Origin: a bacterium | GTDB taxonomy: Bacteria; UBA8248 | Assembly (NCBI GenBank): GCA_965213625.1 | Contig: CBDBZU010000004.1 | Coordinates: forward strand, 2,048,001-2,112,000 | DNA length: 64,000 nt | Direction: 5' to 3' | Shown here: positions 19,201 through 29,304 of the stretch, one piece after another | Layout: each line of letters opens with the position of its first letter | Numbering within the stretch: the first letter of the stretch is position 1 | Program-made: the position numbers and the translations under genes | The notes under the pieces: model-generated | Databases searched by the model: none | What the model saw: the letters and a program-made list of their open reading frames with translations, nothing else | What the model was told of the DNA's origin: nothing

Positions 19201-20540
19201 TCTTCAGGTTCCTCCCAGGTGAGGTCGATTTCCGTCTCTCCGTCCGCCGCCGCGTTCAACACGGGCTTGTCCGGTACGCCCGCCTGCGTGGTCGCGCTGG
19301 TGGCCCTCCATGGCCCGAACCCTACCGAGTTGTATGCCCGTATCTGGTAGTATTTCTTCGTTCCGGTGGAAAGTCCCGTATGGTTATGCGATTTGACAGA
19401 TGGGCCGTAGTTGCTCTCGAGGTTCGTCCAGTTGCTGCCATCGTCGGATACCTGGAGTTCATAACGGGTGATGTCCGCGCCGTTCGTCGCCGGTTCATCC
19501 CAGGAGAGGTCGATCTGCGTTTCGCCGTTCGGCGTCGCGCGCAGCACCGGCGCGCCCGGCACGTCCGTCTCCGTGGTCGCGTCCGCGACGTTCGACCACC
19601 CGCCGGCGCCTTTCGAGTTGTGCGCCTGTATGCGGTAGTACTTTCTCGTTCCGGGCGAAAGTCTCGTGTGGGAATAGGTGGTGGCCGAAGCTGCAAGGCT
19701 GGATGCGATATTCGTCCAGCCGGAAGTACCGTTGTCGGATACCTGAAGTGTATAGCGTGAGATGGACGCGCCGTTGTCATCCGGAGCATTCCAGGAGAGG
19801 TCGATCTGCGACTTGCCGTTCGCCGCCGCTCGCAGCACTGGCGGGTCCGGAGGGGTCGGCTCACTGCGTATCGTTATCTTGCCTCGCTCGTGTATCGGGC
19901 AGTTTGTGTCGTCCTCCCAGACCTCGTGCATGATATTTATCGGCGTTGTAATATTCTTGTGCGCCGTAAACGTGATCGTTCGCCATTCAGTCGGCTGTTC
20001 TGCATCATTCATGTTGTCCACATCGAATTCCCAGCCGACCGACGGTATCCAACTGATCATTGCGTCTTCTCGGTTGCCTGGCGGGTAGAAACCGTCCCCG
20101 CGCGCCACGCCGTTGACGAAAATTCTGACCCACCAGTTATCGGCTTTCGGTTGCCGGGTAAGCCTGATGCGGTAGGATTTGGACTCTCCCGCCCGGAGAT
20201 TTAACGAACTTACCGACCCCTCCACCTCCACGTCTCCATTCGCCGGGTTGCCGTCCCAGGGTTCGCCTGACTGCGCCAGGGAGTTTGCGCCGTAGAAGCC
20301 GGAGGCGACGAGCAGGAACGAGAGAGCGAAAGCGACGAGCGAGCGCAAGCGTCTGCCCCGATTCGTTCGGACGCTCACGAGGCGAAGGCGGGGAACTGCG
20401 CCGCTCGTAATCCTGACCAATTCGTTTTTGGGCTTTCGCACTTTCGATGAGTCCGTTCGCCGGGTTCGCTCCCGGTAAGCGGTCTCATGCTGGCGAGCCC
20501 GCCCCTCGTGGGAAGCAGAACCGTAGTTGCCGGGCGGCAA
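16215..20540 (-). CDS. Autotransporter-like surface protein with seven fibronectin type III domains
   Basis: Seven copies of P..PVL.A..(N/D)G...IDL.W..P..NG..I.RY.L..S; GNG linker; DWLTRFGRTVASQ; beta-barrel ending in W. Start codon uncertain. Confidence 0.9.
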   Translation of the reverse strand: MPPGNYGSASHEGRARQHETAYRERTRRTDSSKVRKPKNELVRITSGAVPRLRLVSVRTNRGRRLRSLVAFALSFLLVASGFYGANSLAQSGEPWDGNPANGDVEVEGSVSSLNLRAGESKSYRIRLTRQPKADNWWVRIFVNGVARGDGFYPPGNREDAMISWIPSVGWEFDVDNMNDAEQPTEWRTITFTAHKNITTPINIMHEVWEDDTNCPIHERGKITIRSEPTPPDPPVLRAAANGKSQIDLSWNAPDDNGASISRYTLQVSDNGTSGWTNIASSLAASATTYSHTRLSPGTRKYYRIQAHNSKGAGGWSNVADATTETDVPGAPVLRATPNGETQIDLSWDEPATNGADITRYELQVSDDGSNWTNLESNYGPSVKSHNHTGLSTGTKKYYQIRAYNSVGFGPWRATSATTQAGVPDKPVLNAAADGETEIDLTWEEPEDNGASISRYEIQVSDDGNSGWTNLATSISSSARSYTHSNLSPGTQKYYRILARNSQGPSEWSDPKDATTLVGVPGKPVLSATANGKTQIDLSWSEPADNGASISRYELQESDDGNDWMNLNANLATSPRTYNDTGLSPGTRKYYQVRARNSKGPGPWSDPKNATTQADVPAKPVLTATANGQTKIDLSWDEPEDNGASISRYELQVSDDGNSGWTNLATSISSTARSYTHSNLSPGTQKYYRILARNSQGPSEWSDPKNATTLVGVPDAPVLRATANGQTKIDLSWDEPANNGMAITSYELEVSDDGNSWAPLNSSLPSTDRSYNHTDLSPGTRKYYQIRAHNSVGPGEWSNPKNATTQSANNRGNINPGRNDDGNVGNGGNGGNGGNGGNGGNGGNGENSGGGNGNEVKTSTVPDKPVLSATANGQTRIDLAWAAPLDNGAAITRYELEVSDNGKSGWNGLGGQISASSTSYSHAELSAGTTKHYRIRAHNSQGHSTWSDVVSATTEADNVKDTSEGMNDWLTRFGRTVASQAVETIESRLKAPSMRQSSNMTLAGQYVDFFNSDSPLPLAQEDPELATTARLASRTLGFGGLAGDGSATEYREMSMSDLLMASSFHLTSAQNTENSQGGLWTAWGRGARTSFFGDENSSTFKGDVTTGTLGADFEWGRTMVGVALTHTLGEGYFSIDGQHNDVEARLNSAYPYIRYTVSEHLTIWSMFGFGNGEYVQTEQGGGEKIETDISMRMGAFGFRSALFPPTRQIDYDLAVKGDVMVVEIEADEVRDKLLPVDTNTNRFRLLLEGSREYKIGQGASITPSLVIGVRYDKGDAEEGGGIELGGGFRFFDPSMDMVIDVNARGLLLHEESRFSEMGVSGSVHLIWGTTKKGLSVQVGSTWGDAASGAERLWSQASVAGLGEGTASAQLEAEVGYGMETPRGGHFKPYAGLALSDIGSQTYRVGGRLQVDDRVSLRLEGDRRERVGGKPSHGIALLGSVRW
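18008..18073 (-). repeat. 9-bp microsatellite encoding (Gly-Asn-Gly)n linker
   Basis: Alternating CCACCATTA/CCGCCGTTG units; protein VGNGGNGGNGGNGGNGGNGGNGE. Confidence 0.85.
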
Positions 20541-20748
20541 AGTCGTGCGTCGGAGCCAGGTCGGGTGTTGGTGGTGAAGATATGTATGAAGGGCGAATGT
20601 ACTACCTTGGGGACATCAAATATCCCATAAACGTGCGGTGATTGCAACCTTCATGATGCGCGTGACTCCCATGAGCATCGCTTTGAATAAATATCCCATC
20701 ATATGGCGTAATCTTGCTCTCAAAGACACAAAATATTGTGGTTGTTGC

Positions 20749-20777
20749 TTGACAATTCTCTTTGAATGCGGGACATT
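20749..20777 (+). promoter_or_regulatory. Putative sigma70 promoter of mutL
   Basis: TTGACA-17 nt-GACATT in an AT-rich divergent intergenic region. Confidence 0.4.
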
Positions 20778-20811
20778 GGATTTTAGTGAGCGCCGACACG
20801 AGGACCCATCC

Positions 20812-22725
20812 ATGGAAAAAGAATCGCGAATACGCATTCTCCCCGAATCGCTCGCGAACCAGATTGCCGCAGGCGAGGTGGTGCAGCGCCCCGCCTCCGT
20901 CTTGAAGGAGTTGGTGGAGAACAGCATAGACGCGGGCGCCTCGCGGGTGGAAATCGATTTGGTATCAGGCGGTTCGGCGCGCGTTCAGGTGGTCGACGAC
21001 GGACACGGCATGAGCGAAGACGACGCGCTCTTGTGCCTCGAGCGTCACGCGACGAGCAAGATAGCCACGGATTGGGACCTGGGCCGCGTCGCCACTCTGG
21101 GCTTTAGGGGCGAGGCGCTGCCGAGCATCGCCGCTGTCTCGAAGATGACCATCACCTCCAGAAGGTCGGAGGATGCTCTGGGAACCGAGGTGCGCATTGA
21201 TGGCGGCAAGCTCCAGCGCGTCACCGAGATGGGCACAACACCCGGCACGAGGGTCGAGGTGCGCTCGTTGTTTTTCAACGTGCCGGCGAGACGCAAATTC
21301 CTCAAGAGAAAAGAGACCGAGCTCGCCCGCTGCCTCGAGGTGGCGAATCAGGCGGCCATGGCGAACCCGAACGTCTCGTTCGTCCTGCGCCACGGGAAGA
21401 GGACGCTGCTGGATCTTGACGCCTCTGAGGGGCTCATGGCCCGCGCCGCCCAACTCGTAGGCGAGGCGGCTGCCTCACATCTGCTTAAAATTCCCGGCGC
21501 CACGACGGAGAACATGACGTTAAGCGGCTGGGCGGGCGCGCCCGGGCTCAACCGCTCCACGCGCGACGCGCAGTATCTGTTCGTGAACGGACGACCCATC
21601 CGGGACCGGCTTTTCGTCCATGCGGCGTATGCGGCCTACAGAAGCTTCCTGCCGGTGAAACGCCATCCCGTCTTCATCCTCTTTTTGGACATGCCGCCCG
21701 AGGACGTGGACGTGAACGCCCACCCCGCCAAACAGGAGGTGCGCTTCCGCTTCGCATCGAGCGTTTACGATCTCGTTCGCGATAGCGTCGCCGCCGTGCT
21801 GGGCGCGAGGCCCGAGAGAGTAAGGCGCGATTTCGCGCGGGAGGGAGTGGGCCACGCGGCCCCGAATGTCGCCGCAGAAGAGGGCGCTGCGTCCACGGCA
21901 TCGCCGTCCACGCGTTCCTCCGCGCCTGCTTTACTGGGCGGCGGCGGATACATTGGAGACTATGGAGCCGCCGGGGATTACGGCGCCTCTGAGGAAGAAG
22001 GATCGCTCGACGCCTCTCCACCTGCACCCGACGCGGAGGCGACGGATACCGACCTGCCTGCGCCGATGAGTTCCCCATCTGCATCGACGGCCCCCTCGCC
22101 ACTCGAGCGGATGCTCGAGCCGCCCCATCCGTCCGATCCTGTCGTTCTCTCCGAATGTCGCTATCTCGGTCAGTGGGAGGAGTGTTTTCTTCTCTTCGCC
22201 TCGCCCCAGGGGCTCGTGCTCGTTGATCAGCACGCTGCGCACGAGAGAGTGCTTTACAACCGGTTCCGCGATCAGTTCAGGGAGGGCCACGTCGACAGCC
22301 AGGCGTGTCTGGTGCCCGAGGAGATTCAGCTCAGGCCCGAGGAGGCGCTGAGTATCGAGACGCACCGCGAGGATCTGCTGCGCTCGGGCTTCGAACTCGA
22401 GTGCGCGGGTCCCGGGGAGTACCGGATTCGGGCCGTGCCTGCGCTTCTGGCGGATCGTGATCCCGCAGGCGCGGTACGCCAGATCGTGGAAAGTCTGGCG
22501 GATATTGAACAGCCCGTGAGCTTCGCCGACCTGATCGACGGCATCATTGCGAGGATGAGTTGTAGGGGCGCGGTGAAGGCGGCGCAGCCCATGCGCCCCG
22601 AGGCAGTGGCCGCTCTCATCGATGAACTCGAGAATACGCCGGGCAGGTGGACCTGCCCGCATGGAAGGCCCGTCATGCTCGTAATGGGCACAGACCCCGT
22701 GAGGAGGCGTTTTCTGCGAAGTTGA
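20812..22725 (+). CDS. mutL: DNA mismatch repair endonuclease MutL
   Basis: NQIAAGEVV, KELVENSIDAGA, GFRGEAL, DQHAAHER, CRGAVK and CPHGRP motifs. Confidence 0.97.
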   Translation: MEKESRIRILPESLANQIAAGEVVQRPASVLKELVENSIDAGASRVEIDLVSGGSARVQVVDDGHGMSEDDALLCLERHATSKIATDWDLGRVATLGFRGEALPSIAAVSKMTITSRRSEDALGTEVRIDGGKLQRVTEMGTTPGTRVEVRSLFFNVPARRKFLKRKETELARCLEVANQAAMANPNVSFVLRHGKRTLLDLDASEGLMARAAQLVGEAAASHLLKIPGATTENMTLSGWAGAPGLNRSTRDAQYLFVNGRPIRDRLFVHAAYAAYRSFLPVKRHPVFILFLDMPPEDVDVNAHPAKQEVRFRFASSVYDLVRDSVAAVLGARPERVRRDFAREGVGHAAPNVAAEEGAASTASPSTRSSAPALLGGGGYIGDYGAAGDYGASEEEGSLDASPPAPDAEATDTDLPAPMSSPSASTAPSPLERMLEPPHPSDPVVLSECRYLGQWEECFLLFASPQGLVLVDQHAAHERVLYNRFRDQFREGHVDSQACLVPEEIQLRPEEALSIETHREDLLRSGFELECAGPGEYRIRAVPALLADRDPAGAVRQIVESLADIEQPVSFADLIDGIIARMSCRGAVKAAQPMRPEAVAALIDELENTPGRWTCPHGRPVMLVMGTDPVRRRFLRS

Positions 22726-22757
22726 GCAGAATTTTCGTGCCAAGACCGGGGAAGCTC

Positions 22758-22786
22758 TTGACACCCGCGCCCGCGCGCAACAGAAT
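22758..22786 (+). promoter_or_regulatory. Putative sigma70 promoter of guaBA
   Basis: TTGACA-17 nt-CAGAAT about 240 nt upstream of guaB. Confidence 0.55.
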
Positions 22787-22976
22787 GGCGAGGCAAGAAA
22801 AAGGAGGGCCATTGAGGGAGGCCTTTCATGCCGCATCCTTTTGAAGCAGCCTTTCGGTCCCTATTTCTTGCAAATGCCATCGGCCGTCGATGGCTGAGGA
22901 GGTTTCTGATACGCCCACTCACTTTTGGCCTTTCCGGCGCAATGGTGGTGGGCGTTTTTCCTATCTGCACCGCTAA

Positions 22977-24524
<1,548 letters not shown>

Positions 24525-24749
24525 TTGATAGAGGATGGTCCGGTGCGGCGCCCGTCGGTGTCGAATCTGGTGTGCGCGTATGTATGAGCGCTTCGCCCAT
24601 CGCCCACAAAAATGAAAGCGCCGGGTATCGAGGGATATGGGGTCCCGATTTATCCGGCGCACTGGAAGTCGGCCGATGGCCCGTTTTGAGAGCGGACCTG
24701 AGAGTGGAGGGGGGAGAAGCGATTCGTCTCGCTTTGTCCTGAAATAAAG

Positions 24750-26279
24750 ATGCGCGATCAGATACTCATTCTCGATTTCGGCTCGCAGTATACGCAACTC
24801 ATCGCCCGGCGCGTGCGGGAGTTGAACGTGTATTGCGAGATTCAGCCTTGCACTCGTAACTGGCGTGAGGTCACGGGTTCGCACACCAAAGGCGTCATAC
24901 TCTCCGGCGGACCGAGCAGCGTGTACGAGAACGGCTCTCCCTCGGTCGATCCTGCGCTGTTCGAGAGCGACTTCCCCATTCTTGGGATTTGTTACGGCAT
25001 GCAGCTCATGACCCACCTTCTCGGCGGGAAAGTCGGTCCTTACGCCAAAAGAGAATTCGGGCGCGCCGAAGTGGTGGTCGAAGAACCTGTTGGCATCTTT
25101 CTCGGCTCCCAGGGCGCCGAGACCGTCTGGATGAGCCATGGGGACACGATAGAAGAGCCGCCGCCCGGCTATAGGCAGCTCGCGCGGTCGGAAGGGTCGC
25201 CTGTGGCGGCGATGATGTCCGACGATGGACGGCGCTACGGCATACAGTTTCACCCCGAAGTGGCGCACACCCCCCGAGGCAAGGAAATTCTCCACAACTT
25301 CGTGAACAGGATATGCGGATGCACGGGCGATTGGACCATGCGCTCCTTTATCGAGGAAGCGGTCGAGCACATCAGGGAACAGGTCGGGGACAAGCGCGTG
25401 GTGTGCGGCCTCTCGGGTGGCGTGGATTCCTCCGTTACGGCGATGCTCTTGAAACAGGCGATAGGCGAGCGGCTCACCTGCATCTTCGTGGACAACGGCC
25501 TGCTCAGAAAGAACGAGGCCGAGCAGGTGGTGGAGACCTTCGGCGACAGGCTTAACCTCGTGCACTCGGACGCGAGCGGGGAATTCCTGAGCGCGCTGCG
25601 CGGCGTCACGCACCCCGAGGCCAAGAGAAAGAGGATCGGCGAAATTTTCATCCGCGTGTTCGAGCGCGAGGCGAGTAAGCTGGGCGACGTGAAGTTCCTG
25701 GCCCAGGGGACGCTCTACCCCGACGTCATCGAGAGCGTCTCGTTCAAGGGACCTTCGGCGACCATAAAAAGCCACCACAACGTGGGCGGGCTGCCCAAAT
25801 GGATGCGGCTCGCGCTCATCGAGCCCCTGCGCGAGTTGTTCAAGGATGAGGTGCGCGAGGCGGGCGAGGAGTTGGGGCTGCCCCGCGAGATGCTCTGGCG
25901 CCATCCGTTCCCCGGTCCCGGCCTCGCCGTGCGCGTTTTGGGCGAGGTGACGGAAAAGCGCGTGAAAACCCTTCAGGAAGCGGACGCCATTTTCATCGAA
26001 ACGCTCCGCAAGCACGATCACTACTACAAGGTCTGGCAGGCGTTCGCCGTGTTGCTGCCCGTCAACACCGTCGGCGTGATGGGCGACGCGAGGACGTATG
26101 AGAACGCTCTCGCGCTCCGGGCCGTCACCAGCCAGGACGGGATGACGGCGGACTGGGCGAGACTTCCTGCGGATTTACTCGCCGAGGCCTCATCGCGCAT
26201 CATCAACGAGGTGCGCGGCGTGAACCGCGTGGTCTACGACATCTCCTCCAAGCCGCCGGGCACGATCGAGTGGGAGTGA
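24750..26279 (+). CDS. guaA: GMP synthase (glutamine-hydrolysing)
   Basis: [40 protein letters not shown]-terminal KPPGTIEWE. Confidence 0.98.
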   Translation: MRDQILILDFGSQYTQLIARRVRELNVYCEIQPCTRNWREVTGSHTKGVILSGGPSSVYENGSPSVDPALFESDFPILGICYGMQLMTHLLGGKVGPYAKREFGRAEVVVEEPVGIFLGSQGAETVWMSHGDTIEEPPPGYRQLARSEGSPVAAMMSDDGRRYGIQFHPEVAHTPRGKEILHNFVNRICGCTGDWTMRSFIEEAVEHIREQVGDKRVVCGLSGGVDSSVTAMLLKQAIGERLTCIFVDNGLLRKNEAEQVVETFGDRLNLVHSDASGEFLSALRGVTHPEAKRKRIGEIFIRVFEREASKLGDVKFLAQGTLYPDVIESVSFKGPSATIKSHHNVGGLPKWMRLALIEPLRELFKDEVREAGEELGLPREMLWRHPFPGPGLAVRVLGEVTEKRVKTLQEADAIFIETLRKHDHYYKVWQAFAVLLPVNTVGVMGDARTYENALALRAVTSQDGMTADWARLPADLLAEASSRIINEVRGVNRVVYDISSKPPGTIEWE

Positions 26280-27213
26280 GAAAGAAAAAGGGAACATCTA
26301 AGTTGAAACGATGAGAAAACTAATTCTACTCACCACACTCACTGTATTCCTGACAACGGGTTGCGGTGAAGTTGTGGATTATGTCCAAAGCAAAATAAAT
26401 AAAGGTAACCATAAGGGCGTTGCGGCGTGCATCAAAATTAACAAGAACGATCTTGTGTCTATAGAGACGGTACGTAGAGCATGCACGAAATCTCACGAAA
26501 AGCTTCTTTCTGTTTATGGTGTTAGTTTCGGCAAGAATCCTTGGCGAGGATCTTTCAGTAAGTGGGGGGAGAAATGGAATGTCAGTGTTGCTGGGGCAAA
26601 TCAGTTAAAAACTCACATAATTACTAGTTTTGTAGTTAAAGTGGAAGTTTTTGACCCAGAAGGCAAGTCACGCAAACGCCTAATGTCTTTTGAAGGGCTA
26701 TGGCTCGAACCGCTGAAAAAGTTTTCTAAATCAAAGTCATTTGATTTTGGTCCCGAGGATAAAATGAATAAATGGTGCAATGATTTGTTCACCCAAAGCA
26801 CAGATTATAAGTCCTGCAAAACTTGGGGAATCACAGAGATAAAGGGTATCCTTATTGCTATTGACTAATCTTTCGACTACGAAATTTTATTTAGTGTTCG
26901 TAGTTCCAAAGAAAAATTAACATAAATAATCAATATGTTCCGAGAATAGGATTATTAAGTATGTGTAAATTAAACAATTCAGAAACAATAGGTTGCGCGA
27001 ACGCCGTGGTTCCACACTTATTTTTGGGTTCGCATGACCTGGGATAAGAGTCACGCTGAACGCGAATATGCACTCAGACTTCAGCTTCAAGGAAAAGCTC
27101 AATCAGATCGTCGTGGCTTTCAATGTATTAAAGCACTATACGTGCCTTGGTACACACTAGCGTGAATGCGGCATTTGTCTCCTCCAAGCCGCCGGGCACG
27201 ATCGAATGGGAGT
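26242..27213. mobile_element. Integrase-less genomic islet at the guaA 3' end, bounded by 36-bp direct repeats (attL/attR-like)
   Basis: TCTCCTCCAAGCCGCCGGGCACGATCGA(G/A)TGGGAGT at 26242-26277 and 27178-27213 (1 mismatch); the interior is visibly AT-rich. Confidence 0.85.
26311..26868 (+). CDS. Hypothetical lipoprotein (islet cargo)
   Basis: Lipobox-like VFLTTGC; AT-rich codon usage; four further Cys. Confidence 0.75.
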   Translation: MRKLILLTTLTVFLTTGCGEVVDYVQSKINKGNHKGVAACIKINKNDLVSIETVRRACTKSHEKLLSVYGVSFGKNPWRGSFSKWGEKWNVSVAGANQLKTHIITSFVVKVEVFDPEGKSRKRLMSFEGLWLEPLKKFSKSKSFDFGPEDKMNKWCNDLFTQSTDYKSCKTWGITEIKGILIAID

Positions 27214-27250
27214 AGGGTAAGGCAGGAAAATTCAACAATTTAAGCAAAAA

Positions 27251-28000
27251 TCACTTTTTCTTCTTCTTCACCAACTGGATTTTATCGAAATCTACAATGG
27301 AAATCCTTTCGCCGGTCGCCCTCTCGTCGCCGGGCCGGTAAATCCCGAATTTGAAATGCGGCGCTCCGCATGACTTCACGATAAAAAACGCCTTGTCTAA
27401 TATCTTTTCGTCACTGAAATAGAGGTTGTAATTTGATTTTGTGAAGTTAACCTCCAGTTTTACGTCGATCCATTTCCCGATGACTTCATTGATGCGGACA
27501 TTCCTTTTGAAGCGCTCATCCCAATTATTGGTTATCAAGCGACCATTCGAAAATTTGAACATCATTGGAGGACCGACTCTGCAACCTGAACCAGATTGGT
27601 GCATTTGAAAAAAGTCTTCCCTGGGGTAGGAAAATCCCTTTACGAACCGAACCTTGAAGGTCAACGTATAGTCTGCATCTTGCGCCAAAGTGCTCGCCTG
27701 CTTTATTTCCGCCCGCTCCCAGTATGGCGCGCCGTGTCTTTGTATACCGTCGGTGCTGCATCCTCCTACCTGTTTGTTTTTCAATGTAAAGCGCAGAAAC
27801 GTCTCTTTTCCTTCCGTTACCCATTGTATCGAAGAGGATTCCGGGAGGCCGCAGTTGTCGTAAAACTCGACGTTCCAGTCTTTGTCCTGATAGGTCGTAT
27901 TGCCGCCCGTATCGAAATATCCGGCGGTTGAAATCCCGTCAGTTGTAGTTTTACATCCCGCCAAAAAGACGATAATAATCAAGAGAAGAAATTTGCGCAT
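27251..28000 (-). CDS. Polysaccharide lyase-like lipoprotein (heparin lyase I / jelly-roll PL type)
   Basis: Lipobox LAGC; WERAEI, FFQMHQ and PHFKFGIYR motifs typical of jelly-roll polysaccharide lyases. Confidence 0.72.
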   Translation of the reverse strand: MRKFLLLIIIVFLAGCKTTTDGISTAGYFDTGGNTTYQDKDWNVEFYDNCGLPESSSIQWVTEGKETFLRFTLKNKQVGGCSTDGIQRHGAPYWERAEIKQASTLAQDADYTLTFKVRFVKGFSYPREDFFQMHQSGSGCRVGPPMMFKFSNGRLITNNWDERFKRNVRINEVIGKWIDVKLEVNFTKSNYNLYFSDEKILDKAFFIVKSCGAPHFKFGIYRPGDERATGERISIVDFDKIQLVKKKKK

Positions 28001-28200
28001 TTTTTTCTCCAATTTTTATCGAGTATTTGGAATAAGAACACTTTCCGGCATATTAGACGTCTTAGATGAAAAAGCAAGAAAACCATGTGGCGGTTTTAGG
28101 TTTAAATCTATTAGATTCAGTTAGTTGCAATTAATTGGCTGCCCTTTCCTTTGTAAAGTTCGTCGCCGCGTCTGTTGTTTTCCAGAGGAGCTGAAAGAAT

Positions 28201-28758
28201 ATGTATCACACCTTGAAGACCTCGCTCGTAGTGCTCCCACTCTTGTTCCTTGGCGTACTTCTCCCGGGAATGAGCGCACAAGCCCATGAGGCGAATTACC
28301 CCCATTTTCACATCGCCCAGAGCGGGCATGGAAAGATGGGGCATGAGGGCCACATGAGCAAGCCCCACGAGGGTGGGATGAAGAAGGGCCATGCACACGG
28401 GATGAAGCATTCCGTCAAAATGATTCCCGCAGGCTACAAGAACCCCCCGAGTGTTAAGATACGCTTGGCGAAAGACGCCCATTCCAAGGGGGCGCTCAAT
28501 TTGTTCCTGAGCCTCGAGAATTTTCGCTTCGCGCCCGAAGACGTCAACAAGACATCCAGGATCAACGAGGGCCACGCGCACCTGTACGTAAACGGCAAGA
28601 AGCTCACGAGGCTGTACGGCGCTTCCTATTTCATGGATAAACTGCCGAAGGGGAATCTCGAAATCAGGGTCACGCTGAACACCAACATGCACGAAGACCT
28701 GAGTTACAAGGGAAAACTCGTTCAGGACGCCGTGGTGTTCAAGGATTACAACAACTAG
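28201..28758 (+). CDS. Secreted His/Met-rich putative metal-binding protein
   Basis: Signal peptide ending AQA-H; HGKMGHEGHMSKPHEGGMKKGHAHGMKH; EGHAHLYVNG.K..RLYG. Confidence 0.7.
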   Translation: MYHTLKTSLVVLPLLFLGVLLPGMSAQAHEANYPHFHIAQSGHGKMGHEGHMSKPHEGGMKKGHAHGMKHSVKMIPAGYKNPPSVKIRLAKDAHSKGALNLFLSLENFRFAPEDVNKTSRINEGHAHLYVNGKKLTRLYGASYFMDKLPKGNLEIRVTLNTNMHEDLSYKGKLVQDAVVFKDYNN

Positions 28759-28776
28759 GCGCAGGGAAACGAAACT

Positions 28777-29142
28777 TTGGTGATTTGGACGCATTTCATT
28801 CTGGCGGTGCTGGCGATTGGGCTGGGCCTCGTCAACCTTGCGTCCACAAAGGGAACGCGGAGGCACCGCATCATCGGCTGGTGCTGGCTTGTCACGATGA
28901 CCTACGTCACGGTCTCGTCCTTCTGGATACGAGAACTCAACCATGGCGATTTCAGCTGGATTCACCTGCTGACGATATGGACCATTTTCTGCATGATTGT
29001 TGCGGTTGTCTCGATACGGCGGGGAAATGTGCGGCTGCACGCGTCGTTCATGACGGGCACGATGATAGGCGCCTTCATCGCCGGCGGGTTCGCCATGATG
29101 CCCGGCCGGTTCATCAGCGAGCTATTCGGATACGGCGGGTGA
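28777..29142 (+). CDS. DUF2306-like membrane protein
   Basis: KGTRRHRIIG, FSWIHLL, H...M and PGR motifs; about four TM segments. Confidence 0.75.
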   Translation: MVIWTHFILAVLAIGLGLVNLASTKGTRRHRIIGWCWLVTMTYVTVSSFWIRELNHGDFSWIHLLTIWTIFCMIVAVVSIRRGNVRLHASFMTGTMIGAFIAGGFAMMPGRFISELFGYGG

Positions 29143-29304
29143 TTCGCCTCGATCGGAAAAGCATCGCCTTGCAGCGAAAAAAGATGGCGGCGACAGGCAT
29201 CAGTCGATAAACTAATAACACTGCACCAGGGTTACACAGGCTATACGAAAAGAAGTAACCTAACAGAGCACGCCCCTATTAAAATCCGCCCCCGGGGAAA
29301 AGAC

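Noticed and set aside
17670-19860. Regularly spaced repeats suggestive of a CRISPR array or a DGR template/variable pair
   Set aside because: They are in-frame FN3 coding repeats; there are no unique spacers, cas genes or reverse transcriptase in the window.
24525-24749. 225-bp guaB-guaA spacer with a GCGCCGG/CCGGCGC stem
   Set aside because: Only one modest stem in GC-rich DNA and no riboswitch consensus recognised.
26863-26921. Possible integron attC site after the islet lipoprotein gene
   Set aside because: A hairpin is present but there are no proper RYYYAAC/GTTRRRY boxes, no second cassette and no integron integrase.
27068-27160. Short frame (DFSFKEKLNQIVVAFNVLKHYTCLG) faintly resembling an IS5/IS903 transposase C-terminus
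   Set aside because: Similarity is too weak to support by eye and no matching terminal IR was found.
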